Assembly (NCBI GenBank): GCA_965228875.1
Contig: OZ245843.1
Span: forward strand, 2,152,616-2,216,615
Source of the DNA: Thalassobaculaceae bacterium
GTDB lineage: Bacteria > Pseudomonadota > Alphaproteobacteria > Thalassobaculales > Thalassobaculaceae
Reading direction: 5' to 3'
Length of the DNA stretch: 64,000 bases
Below the pieces are notes generated by a model. The model was given only the letters and a program-made list of their open reading frames with translations. It searched no databases and was not told the DNA's origin. Below are positions 48,987-57,727 of this stretch, in pieces (within the stretch, counting starts at the first letter, position 1; each line of letters opens with the position of its first letter). The position numbers and the translations under genes are program-made.

Positions 48987-50224
48987 GGCTGCTGGGGGCG
49001 GTCGCTCCGCTTCTCCTGGCGACCGGCGCCATCCTTGCGACCGTCTACAGGCTGCCTGAGCTCCTCGCCGACCCCCGGTTCTGGGCCGAAGAGGGGCGTG
49101 TCTACTTCGTCCACGCGCTGGGCGCTCCGCCGCTGCCGGCGCTGCTCGCCCCGCACCAGGGCTACTACTCGCTGATCCCGAACGCCGCCACATGGTTCGC
49201 GACGCTGATCCCGCTGGAACGCGCGCCGGTCGTGACCGTGGCGATCGCCCTGGCGGTCCAGATATTGCCGGCGGTTGTGACGGCGACCGGCCACGGTCCC
49301 TGGGTCGACACGCCGCTGAAGCGGACCACGGCGGTTCTCACGGTCCTGCTGGTCGGTGCGGCGGGAGAGCTGCACGCGACGACGATCTGCAGCCAGTTCC
49401 ATCTCGCCGTGCTCGCCGCCGTGATCTACCTGGACACGGAAACCCGGCCTAGCCCGGGCCGCCAGACCCTCTATGCGCTGCTGCTGCTGATTGCCGGCCT
49501 CACCGGGGTCCAGGCGGTGATGCTTCTGCCGCTGTTCGCCTGGCGCTGGTGGCTCTGGGGGCGGCGTTTCGACACCATCGCCCTCGTCATCCTGACAAGC
49601 GGACTGGCGGTCCAGGCGGCAGCCGTCATGACCGGTCCGAGCGAGGCCGACCGCTTCGCTCTCGGCGGGGATCCCGGCGCCCTGATCGCCAACGCCCTGG
49701 AGAATCTCGCCAAAGGAATGCTCGTCCACCCGGTGGCCGGCGACCTCGGCCCGCGCAGCCTCGACCGGCCGTACGGTGCTGCCGTCGTCGCGGTGTCGGC
49801 CCTCGGTATCGCCATGGCGGCACTGGCTCAAGTGATTATCCTGTGCCGTGGACCGGACAGGGTTCTGATCCTGGCGGCCTGGGGCGTGGCGATCCTGTCC
49901 TTCGCCGCGTCCCGGCGCATGGCCGGTGGCGAGCGATACCTGGAGGTCTCATCGGTGCTGATCGTCCTGGCCCTGGCCCGGCTCGCCTTCGCGGCCGACC
50001 GGCACCGCGCGGCGCGGACGATCGCCGGCACGGCCACCGCCTGCGCCCTGCTGGTCAACGCCTGGCTCTACCTGCCGCGGGCCGCAGCGGTGCACGATCC
50101 GTCCTGGCCCGTCTGGACCGAGGAGGTCGCCCGCTGGCGCGCCGGCGACATCGCGGAGCCGCACATCCACCCGCATTGGAACGGCGTGGCATGGACGGTT
50201 CCGCTGCCGGACGGCGCGCGGTAG
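48983..50224 (+). CDS. Polytopic membrane protein, possible GT-C-type glycosyltransferase
   Basis: About 10 TM; first loop PRFWAEEG...PHQGY; TTG start overlaps the soxG TGA. Confidence 0.6.
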   Translation: MRLLGAVAPLLLATGAILATVYRLPELLADPRFWAEEGRVYFVHALGAPPLPALLAPHQGYYSLIPNAATWFATLIPLERAPVVTVAIALAVQILPAVVTATGHGPWVDTPLKRTTAVLTVLLVGAAGELHATTICSQFHLAVLAAVIYLDTETRPSPGRQTLYALLLLIAGLTGVQAVMLLPLFAWRWWLWGRRFDTIALVILTSGLAVQAAAVMTGPSEADRFALGGDPGALIANALENLAKGMLVHPVAGDLGPRSLDRPYGAAVVAVSALGIAMAALAQVIILCRGPDRVLILAAWGVAILSFAASRRMAGGERYLEVSSVLIVLALARLAFAADRHRAARTIAGTATACALLVNAWLYLPRAAAVHDPSWPVWTEEVARWRAGDIAEPHIHPHWNGVAWTVPLPDGAR

Positions 50225-50227
50225 CGC

Positions 50228-51244
50228 TCAACCCCGAGCCAGCAGCCTCGCCGCGCGCTGCTTGGTCCGCTCCCAGGCGTCCGGGTTGCGGATGTTGGCC
50301 GGCTGCTCGGCGTTGAACACCGTCAGCATGGTGCGGGCCACCGTCATCGCGCTTTCCTTCATGAAACCACGGGTCAGACCGCCCACATGCGGGGAGAGGA
50401 TGATGTTGTCGAGCTGGCACAGCGGGTTGTCAGCCCCCACCGGTTCGACCTCGAACACGTCCAGCGCCGCCGCCCGGATCGTTCGGGCGCTCAGCGCCCT
50501 GTGCAGCGCGTCCTGGCTGACGATCTTGCCGCGCGCGGTGTTGATGAGACAGGCATGCGGCTGCATCGCCGCGAAGGCGGCGTCGTTGAACATGTGGTGG
50601 GTTTCGTCGTTCAACTCTGCATGAACCGAGACGTAGTCCGCCCGCGCCAGCAGGTCGGTCAGGTCGGAGACCATCTCGATGCCGAGGTCGTTGGCCGTAC
50701 CCGCGTCGACATAGGGGTCGTAGGCGATCACGTCCATGTCGAAGGCGCCCATGCACTTGCGCGCCATCTCGGTGCCGATCTGCCCCAGGCCGACGATGCC
50801 GAGGGTCGAGCGGTCGAGATCCTTGATCGTGTTGGTGTCGCTCAGCCGGTCGGACCAGCCCTTGCCGGAGCGGACCATGGTGTCATGCTCGAAACCGTGG
50901 CGCGACAGGCTCATCATCATGAAGAGTGCGTGCTCCGAGACCGGGACCTTTCCGAAACCCGGATTGTTCACGACGATCACGCCCGCCTCGGTCGCGGCCC
51001 CGATGTCGATGGCGTCCGTGCCGCGACCGGACGAGCAGATGACCAGCAGGTCCTCCGCCGCCGCGATGACCTCCGCGTCCACCTTGTTGGGATAACGCCC
51101 GCAGATGCCGTGGGCGCCCTGGGCTGCCGCCAGCAGCGCGTCGCGCTCCGGGCGGATCAGCAGTTCCACATCCACATGGGCACGCAGGTGCTCTTCGCCG
51201 CCCGGATGGTAGAGCGGATCGATCAGTAAGGCCTTATGACGCAC
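50228..51244 (-). CDS. D-isomer-specific 2-hydroxyacid dehydrogenase (SerA-like)
   Basis: GLGQIG, YDPY, INTARG, LDVFE.EP and SPHVGG motifs. Confidence 0.92.
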   Translation of the reverse strand: MRHKALLIDPLYHPGGEEHLRAHVDVELLIRPERDALLAAAQGAHGICGRYPNKVDAEVIAAAEDLLVICSSGRGTDAIDIGAATEAGVIVVNNPGFGKVPVSEHALFMMMSLSRHGFEHDTMVRSGKGWSDRLSDTNTIKDLDRSTLGIVGLGQIGTEMARKCMGAFDMDVIAYDPYVDAGTANDLGIEMVSDLTDLLARADYVSVHAELNDETHHMFNDAAFAAMQPHACLINTARGKIVSQDALHRALSARTIRAAALDVFEVEPVGADNPLCQLDNIILSPHVGGLTRGFMKESAMTVARTMLTVFNAEQPANIRNPDAWERTKQRAARLLARG

Positions 51245-51255
51245 GGGAATTCCCT

Positions 51256-52425
51256 TCAGTCGATTGTTCCCTCCAGGGCATTCCGCAGCACCGCCGCCAT
51301 GTCCGAGGCCGTCATCGGCTTCGGGTTGCTGCCCGTGGACGGGTCTTTCTCGGCGGCGGCTGCGATTTCATCGACCCTGTCCGGATCGACGCCCAGTTCC
51401 TTGGCAGTATGGGGGATATCGAACTGCTTGCGCAGATCGAGGATCCACTCCATCACGCCGTCGACGCCCGGCGTGCCCAACCCGAGATAGGCCGACAGCC
51501 GCTCGCACTTCTCGGCGATGGAGGCCCGATTATGGGCGATGACGTAGGGGAAGAACACGGCATTGGTCAGGCCGTGGTGGGTGTCGAACCTGGCGCCGAC
51601 GGGATGGCTCAGCGAATGGATGGCTCCGAGCCCCTTCTGGAACGCGGTCGATCCCATTGACGCCGCGGCCAGCATCATGCCGCGCGCCTCCATGTCGCGT
51701 CCGTCGGCATAGGCCCGGGGCAGGTACTCCTTGATGAGCCGCATACCCTCGACCGCCACCCCGTCCGAGAAGGGATGCAGTTCCGGCGAACAGAAGCCCT
51801 CGAAGCAGTGGGCCAACGCGTCCATCCCGGTCCACGCCGTCAGGTTCGCGGGCAGGCCCGCGGTAAGCTGCGGATCCTCGATCACGATCGTCGGCATCAT
51901 CCGGGCGTGCAGGAAGATCCGCTTCTCGCCCGCCGCCTCCTCGGTGACGATCGCCGCCCGTCCGGTCTCCGATCCGGTGCCGGCCGTGGTTGGCACGGCG
52001 ATGATCGGCGCGACCAGATCGCCGTCGATCAGAGCGGGTCCGCCGGAGGACACATGCAGGTCGAACAGCGGCCGTTCCTGACGCGCCGCCATGGCGACCG
52101 CCTTGGCAACGTCCAGGGCGGACCCGCCGCCGAAGCCGACGACGCCGTCGAAATCGCCGTCGCGAAACATCTCGCAACCTTCGAGAACGTTCGCCCCTAT
52201 CGGATTGCCACGAACGCGCGAAAACACTTCCGCCGCCATTCCGGCATCCTGAAGGTCGTCGCGGGCACCGGTGATCATCGAGTTCCGCACCAGGCCGGCA
52301 TCGGTCACGATCAACGGCCGGCGAATGCCGGCATCCTGACAGGCATCCGCCAAGTTATTGATTTCGCCCACACCGAACCGAATCTCGGTCGGATAGCGCC
52401 ACACACCGCTCGGGAAGTCAGCCAT
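51256..52425 (-). CDS. Iron-containing alcohol dehydrogenase
   Basis: GGGSALD, PTTAGTGSE, DALAH and IHSLSH...HHG motifs. Confidence 0.93.
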   Translation of the reverse strand: MADFPSGVWRYPTEIRFGVGEINNLADACQDAGIRRPLIVTDAGLVRNSMITGARDDLQDAGMAAEVFSRVRGNPIGANVLEGCEMFRDGDFDGVVGFGGGSALDVAKAVAMAARQERPLFDLHVSSGGPALIDGDLVAPIIAVPTTAGTGSETGRAAIVTEEAAGEKRIFLHARMMPTIVIEDPQLTAGLPANLTAWTGMDALAHCFEGFCSPELHPFSDGVAVEGMRLIKEYLPRAYADGRDMEARGMMLAAASMGSTAFQKGLGAIHSLSHPVGARFDTHHGLTNAVFFPYVIAHNRASIAEKCERLSAYLGLGTPGVDGVMEWILDLRKQFDIPHTAKELGVDPDRVDEIAAAAEKDPSTGSNPKPMTASDMAAVLRNALEGTID

Positions 52426-52733
52426 GGCGGTTCCTCCGTCCATTCTGTTGTCGGTTCGCGATCGTTTCGGCTGACCGTAGCCTCCACCCGCGACCGCCAC
52501 AAGCGCCCAAGAGACCCGCGGCGAACGGCGCAGAAACCGGCCGGCAGCAAGCTATGCGGCAGGCGCTTATCAGCCCTGCGGCGCGGTCGGGTCCGTTAAC
52601 CCAAAATCTCGCTTGATGTTCTGAATGCGCACGTTAAATGGCGGATGGTGACGGGAAACACGAGTGCCAGCGTGTCACTGTCCACCCTACAGGCGGTCCG
52701 ATGGGGACCGCCGCAGCCCCAGAGGAGGCGGAA

Positions 52734-52853
52734 ATGACGAAGGATGACATGATCCGGGCCTATAATCGAAACGCCGCCTCCTGGCCGGCGCTCGCGTTCG
52801 TCTACAGCATCCTGCTCGGAACCATGGTGCTGTCGGCGTCGGCGATCTCCTGA
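52734..52853 (+). CDS. Small 39-aa single-TM protein
   Basis: GAGGAGG RBS; MTKDDMIRAYNRNAASWPALAFVYSILLGTMVLSASAIS; lies in its own intergenic gap. Confidence 0.55.
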   Translation: MTKDDMIRAYNRNAASWPALAFVYSILLGTMVLSASAIS

Positions 52854-52940
52854 CCGCACGCACAACGGGCGGCAGCCCGACCGTTCCCTACAGAACCGTG
52901 CCAACGACGACAGTGGCGCCCGCTCCACCGCGAACGGGCG

Positions 52941-53684
52941 CTACTCGTTTGTGCGCCCCACCCGCCCGAACCCCGGCAGCCGCAGCGCGGGATCGGCGAT
53001 GTCGACGCCGAACCCCAGCCCCAGCAGGTTGATCTCCACCCCCTCCTCCGGCGCGACGATGAGGCCGGCAAGGCCGAGCAGGCTGATCTGTAGACCGCCA
53101 CCGCTGGGCGCGGCGCCGAGGGGATCGGAGAGCGAACGGAAATCCTTGCCGATCGCGGTCGGCGGCAGGTCGAGACCCAGCGCGGGCACGCGACGGGCGA
53201 TGAAGGCGATGAAGGTATTGCTGTTGGGGCCGGGATAGCTGCGGTACCGCTCGGCCCAGGGATAGGCGGCGATGGCCTCGCGGATTGCCGGTATCAGCGC
53301 CTCGGCCTCGGCGCCGCGCAGATCCAGCAGCAGTTCCGGCATGCGTCCGAACCACTTGTCGTCCGGCCCGTCGTAGTTCCGCCTGACCGTACGTCCACCG
53401 CCCCAACCGACGACGTCCCATCGCTCGTAATGCGACGCTCCCTCCGGCTTGACCGCAATCCAGGTGTGGACCGCGAACACCCCGCGCCAGCCGTAGGTCG
53501 GCGCGGCATAGACCTGGATGACAGCGCCCGGCGTGGTCGCCGGATCCGGCGCCAGGCCGGTCGGTCCCCGATCGGTGCGGTACCATGGCGCGGCGGCCCA
53601 GGAGTGGCTCGCCCCCTTGAGCAGCAGCGGCGCGACCAGCGCCAGCGCGGCGACGGAGAGGGCGACCTTGGCGAGGGCGCTCAT
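52941..53684 (-). CDS. DUF3750-like protein
   Basis: AVIQVYAA..GWRG.FAVHTW, YPGPNSNTF and PTAIGKD motifs. Confidence 0.8.
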   Translation of the reverse strand: MSALAKVALSVAALALVAPLLLKGASHSWAAAPWYRTDRGPTGLAPDPATTPGAVIQVYAAPTYGWRGVFAVHTWIAVKPEGASHYERWDVVGWGGGRTVRRNYDGPDDKWFGRMPELLLDLRGAEAEALIPAIREAIAAYPWAERYRSYPGPNSNTFIAFIARRVPALGLDLPPTAIGKDFRSLSDPLGAAPSGGGLQISLLGLAGLIVAPEEGVEINLLGLGFGVDIADPALRLPGFGRVGRTNE

Positions 53685-54139
53685 GCGCCCCGCCCTCCGG
53701 TATCCGCCGTCAGCCCCGCCGACTCGATGCCCGCGACGGCGCAGTCCTCGTCCCGATCGGACGCATCTCCGGAAATGCCGACCGCGGCGATGATCCGCCC
53801 CGCCCCGTCCCTGACCAGCACGCCGCCCGGAACCGGCACCAGCCGTCCGCCCAGCATGCCGTTGACCGCATCCAGAAACACCGCGCCACGCTCCTTCACC
53901 CGATCTGCCAGGGACCGGCTGCCGAGCCCCATGGCAAGCGCGCCATATGCCTTGCCCATGGCGATCTCCGGCCGATGGATGCTCGCGCCGTCCTGACGCT
54001 CGATCGCACGGATATGGCCCCCGGCATCGAGCACTACAACGGCCAGCGGGTTCAGACCCAGTTCGGCCGCCCTGGCGAAGGCGCCGGCGATGATGGACCG
54101 GGCCTCGTCGAGGGAGAGTTCCGCGCTGGGGATCGGCAT
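53681..54139 (-). CDS. GlcG/HbpS family heme-binding protein
   Basis: VVLDAGG, A.GKA..A, GGV and AVGISG...DE motifs. Confidence 0.88.
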   Translation of the reverse strand: MPIPSAELSLDEARSIIAGAFARAAELGLNPLAVVVLDAGGHIRAIERQDGASIHRPEIAMGKAYGALAMGLGSRSLADRVKERGAVFLDAVNGMLGGRLVPVPGGVLVRDGAGRIIAAVGISGDASDRDEDCAVAGIESAGLTADTGGRGA

Positions 54140-54147
54140 GGTCGACC

Positions 54148-55557
54148 TCAGTTCATCCGGAACAGCTTGCCCGGGTTCATGATGCCGTCCGGGTCCAGCG
54201 CCTGCTTGACCGCGCGCATCACCGGGATCGCGTCGGGCAGTTCCGCGGCGAGGAAGTCCATCTTGCCGTAGCCGACACCATGTTCACCGGTGCACGTCCC
54301 GTCCATGGAAAGCGCGCGCAGCACCATGCGGTCGCTGTGCTCCTTGGCGCGCCGCATCTCCTCCTCGCTTTCGGTGTCGATCAGGTAGACCAGGTGGAAA
54401 TTGCCGTCGCCGACATGACCGACCAGCGGCGCCATCAGCCCGGTCTCCGCCAGGTCCTTCTTGGTCTCGGCGATGCACTCCGCCAGACGGGAGATCGGCA
54501 CGCAGACATCGGTCGGCCAGCCCTTGCATCCGGGCCGCAGCGCCAGCGCGGCGTAGAACGCGTTGTGCCGCGCCTCCCACAGCTTGTTGCGATCCTCGGC
54601 CTTGGTTGCCCACTTGAAATCGGTGCCACCGAAATCGCCGGCGATGGCCTGCACCGTCTCGGCCTGCTCGACCACGCCGGTCTCGGAGCCGTGGAACTCA
54701 AAGAACAGGGTCGGGCGTGCGGTGTAGCCCTCCAGCTTCGAGTGCTCGATGCAGGCGCCCATCTGCACGTCATCCAGCAGTTCCATGCGGGCCACCGGCA
54801 CACCGGACTGGATGGTCAGGACGCAGGTGTTCACCGCGCTGTCCAGGTCGTCGAACTGAACCACGGCGGAGGAGATCGCCTCGGGAATGCCGTACACCTT
54901 GAGCTGGATCTCGGTGATGACGCCGAGCGTTCCCTCGGACCCGACGAAGAGGCGCGTGAGGTCGTAGCCGGCCGCGGATTTCTTGGCCCGGCGCGCGGTC
55001 TTGACCACCCGGCCGTCGGCCATGACCACGGTCAGGCTCAGCACGTTGTCGCGCATGGTGCCGTAGCGCACGGCGTTGGTGCCCGACGCGCGGGTCGCGC
55101 ACATGCCGCCGATGGTGGCGTCCGCGCCCGGATCGATCGGGAACATCAGCCCGGTGTCACGCAGGTATTCGTTCAACTGCTTGCGGGTCACCCCGGCCTG
55201 CACCCGCACGTCCAGATCCTCGGCGTTGACCGCCAGGATCTCGTTCATCTCGGAGACGTCGACCGACAGCCCGCCGCGCAGGGCCGCCACGCCGCCCTCA
55301 AGCGAGGTGCCGACGCCGAACGGAACCACCGGCCACTTGTGCCTGGCGCAGATCGTGACGACCTCCGACACCTCTTCGGTGCTGCGCGCGAAGAACACGG
55401 CGTCGGGAGCCACGGTCGGGTGGTAGCTCTCGTCGGTGCCATGGCGCGCCCGGATGTCTTTTCCGGTCACGATCCTCTCGGCACCGAACCGCGCGGTCAG
55501 GTCGGCCAGCGCGGCATCGCGGGCAGTGGCGTCGGACGGTTGGGCATCGACCTGCAT
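54148..55557 (-). CDS. FAD-linked oxidase, D-lactate dehydrogenase/GlcD family
   Basis: GTSLEG, DPGA.ATIGG, GYDL..LFVGSEGTLG, GHVGDGNFH and GEHGVG motifs. Confidence 0.92.
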   Translation of the reverse strand: MQVDAQPSDATARDAALADLTARFGAERIVTGKDIRARHGTDESYHPTVAPDAVFFARSTEEVSEVVTICARHKWPVVPFGVGTSLEGGVAALRGGLSVDVSEMNEILAVNAEDLDVRVQAGVTRKQLNEYLRDTGLMFPIDPGADATIGGMCATRASGTNAVRYGTMRDNVLSLTVVMADGRVVKTARRAKKSAAGYDLTRLFVGSEGTLGVITEIQLKVYGIPEAISSAVVQFDDLDSAVNTCVLTIQSGVPVARMELLDDVQMGACIEHSKLEGYTARPTLFFEFHGSETGVVEQAETVQAIAGDFGGTDFKWATKAEDRNKLWEARHNAFYAALALRPGCKGWPTDVCVPISRLAECIAETKKDLAETGLMAPLVGHVGDGNFHLVYLIDTESEEEMRRAKEHSDRMVLRALSMDGTCTGEHGVGYGKMDFLAAELPDAIPVMRAVKQALDPDGIMNPGKLFRMN

Positions 55558-55646
55558 TGTCAGCTCCTAGGGCTCGGGGCACGCTCGGGCTAGCTCTAGC
55601 GGCTGGCGGTTCCCCGGACAAGCGTGCGCCGTCCCCGAAGCATCGT

Positions 55647-56687
55647 TCAGGACCGGACGGGGACGGGGTCGAACAGCAGGCTCGGATTGGACTTGCGCGC
55701 CGCCACCGGGTCGAGCAGCGCATGCAACTGTTCACCGTCGAGCGGCCGCAGGCCATTGTCCTCGATCTGATAGACCCGCCAGTGCTCCGGTGGAAAGATC
55801 GCCGGAAGGTCCTCTCGCCGACCGCCGAACTCGGCGACCAGGGAGACGTGGAACTCCAGGACGAAGCGGGTGGCGCGGCGGGTGATAAGGTCGCGCGCGC
55901 CCTCCAGGATCTGCAGCTCGGAGCCTTCGCCGTCGATCTTGATCAGCCTGGGCGGCTTCGGCAGGTCGCCTGCCAGCGTATCGAGCCGCATGACCGGGAC
56001 CCAGTCCAGGCCGGGATTTCCCAGTTCCGCCGAAGCCTTGGCGTCGCTCTCGCCGAACGCCCGACCGCTCAGGGTCGGCTGGTAGCGCAGGACCGACGTC
56101 ACCCCGTCGCGCGCGCCGGCGGCGGCGGTGAAGACGTGGACCTGGTCGAGGCCGTTGATAAGCGCATTGCGGCGGATGATCGGCCCGATCGCCGGCTGCA
56201 GCTCGAAGGCGAAGACGATCGCCCCGCAGACGCCGGCCAGGCAGCTCAGGTATCCTGTATGGGCGCCGACATCGACGAAGATGTCGCCCGGCTCCAGGGT
56301 GCGGATCAGCAGCTTCACCACGCCGAGTTCGTGGATCCGGCCGTCCTGCATCAACGCGTCGAAGAACGCGCGGCTGGCGTAGTCGTCTTCCGCGTATCGC
56401 ACCTTGATGTCGCCGAACTCGACCTGGCGGACCGCCGACGGCACCCCCACGAGGCGGGCATTCTCCCGCGTCCCCCGGTCGAGCTGCTCAAAGTGGCGCT
56501 CGACACTACGGGCCGCCCGCAGGCCGAGATCGCCGAACAGACGCAGGCGCACCAGCACTTCCTCCGCCTCGGCCCGGCGCAACCCACCAAGGCGGGCCTG
56601 CACGGCGTCGTACAGCGCCCCCACACTGCCGGGGTCGCGGATCAGCCTCGCCTTGTCGGAATCGGTGAACATCGCGCTGCCCCTCAT
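55647..56687 (-). CDS. FkbM family methyltransferase (paralog 4)
   Basis: FVDVGAHTGY, LIKIDGEGSE and LEFH; the start may be ATG 56672. Confidence 0.88.
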   Translation of the reverse strand: MRGSAMFTDSDKARLIRDPGSVGALYDAVQARLGGLRRAEAEEVLVRLRLFGDLGLRAARSVERHFEQLDRGTRENARLVGVPSAVRQVEFGDIKVRYAEDDYASRAFFDALMQDGRIHELGVVKLLIRTLEPGDIFVDVGAHTGYLSCLAGVCGAIVFAFELQPAIGPIIRRNALINGLDQVHVFTAAAGARDGVTSVLRYQPTLSGRAFGESDAKASAELGNPGLDWVPVMRLDTLAGDLPKPPRLIKIDGEGSELQILEGARDLITRRATRFVLEFHVSLVAEFGGRREDLPAIFPPEHWRVYQIEDNGLRPLDGEQLHALLDPVAARKSNPSLLFDPVPVRS

Positions 56688-57727
56688 GCGTTTCCGTCGG
56701 TCGGTCGCGCAATCGGCCTGAACAGGAGGCTGGGGTTCTCACCATCGTGCGACACCGGGTCAAGCAGAGCGTGCAGCCGGGCCTGATCGAGTGGACGCAG
56801 CCCCCGGTCCTCGATCTGGAAGGCGGCCCATCGCGCGGGCGGGAAGAAATCGTAGAGGTCCTCGCGTCGACCGCCGAACTCTTTGACAAGGGAGACATGG
56901 AACTCCAGAACAAAAGCCGTTTCACCCCGGTCAATCAGACCCCGCGCACCAGCGAGGATCTGGAGTTCGGACCCCTCGCCGTCGATCTTCACCAGCCTAG
57001 GCGGCCTGGGCAGATCCGCCGCCAGGGTGTCGAGACGAATCACCGGGAGCCAGTCCAGCATCCGGCTCCCGAGCTTAGCCGAGGTCTGGGACTCGCCCTC
57101 TCCGAATGCGCGCCCGCTGAGTGTCGGCTGATAGCGCAGCACGGAGGTCAATCCGTCTCGCGCTCCAGCGGCGGCGGTGATGACGTGAACGCGGTCGAGA
57201 CCGTTGATCATGGCATTGCGGCGGATGATCGGAACGATGGACTGCTGCAACTCCAGCGCAAGGACGATCGCTCCCTTGGCGCCGGCCAGGCAGCTGAGGT
57301 AGCCGGTGTGAGCGCCGACATCGATGAAGATGTCGTCCTCCCTCAACGTCGCGAGCATCAGTCGGACGACGCCCAGCTCATGGACTCGGCCGTCCCGCAT
57401 CAGGCTGTCGAAGAACGTTCTGCTCGCAAAGTCGTCGTCACAGAACCTGAGCTCGACGCCCTCGAGGTCCAGCACCCGGACCGATGCGGGCGAACCCAGC
57501 GTGTCGGCGATGAAGTCCTGGCCTTTCCTCAGTCTGTCGAAGTGCCGTTCAAGGTTCCGGATTCCCCGATCGCCATTGGCGCCGAACAGCCGCATGCGCT
57601 CCAGAAACGGAACGATCTCGTCACGTGTCGCGGACCCGAGTCGACGCCAAAGCGCCCGGTAGAGCAGCGCGATGTTCTCCGGGGTGCGGATCATCTCCGC
57701 CTTTTCCTGGTCGCTGAACGAAATCAC
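56684..57727 (-). CDS. FkbM family methyltransferase (paralog 5)
   Basis: FIDVGAHTGY and LVKIDGEGSE; GTG start overlaps the upstream GT2 stop. Confidence 0.88.
   Translation of the reverse strand: MISFSDQEKAEMIRTPENIALLYRALWRRLGSATRDEIVPFLERMRLFGANGDRGIRNLERHFDRLRKGQDFIADTLGSPASVRVLDLEGVELRFCDDDFASRTFFDSLMRDGRVHELGVVRLMLATLREDDIFIDVGAHTGYLSCLAGAKGAIVLALELQQSIVPIIRRNAMINGLDRVHVITAAAGARDGLTSVLRYQPTLSGRAFGEGESQTSAKLGSRMLDWLPVIRLDTLAADLPRPPRLVKIDGEGSELQILAGARGLIDRGETAFVLEFHVSLVKEFGGRREDLYDFFPPARWAAFQIEDRGLRPLDQARLHALLDPVSHDGENPSLLFRPIARPTDGNA

Noticed and set aside
55567..55599. Three CTAG sites in 33 bp as another copy of the TAG-bounded repeat
   Set aside because: Only the termini (TAGGGC...GCTCTA) resemble it; the interior does not align.
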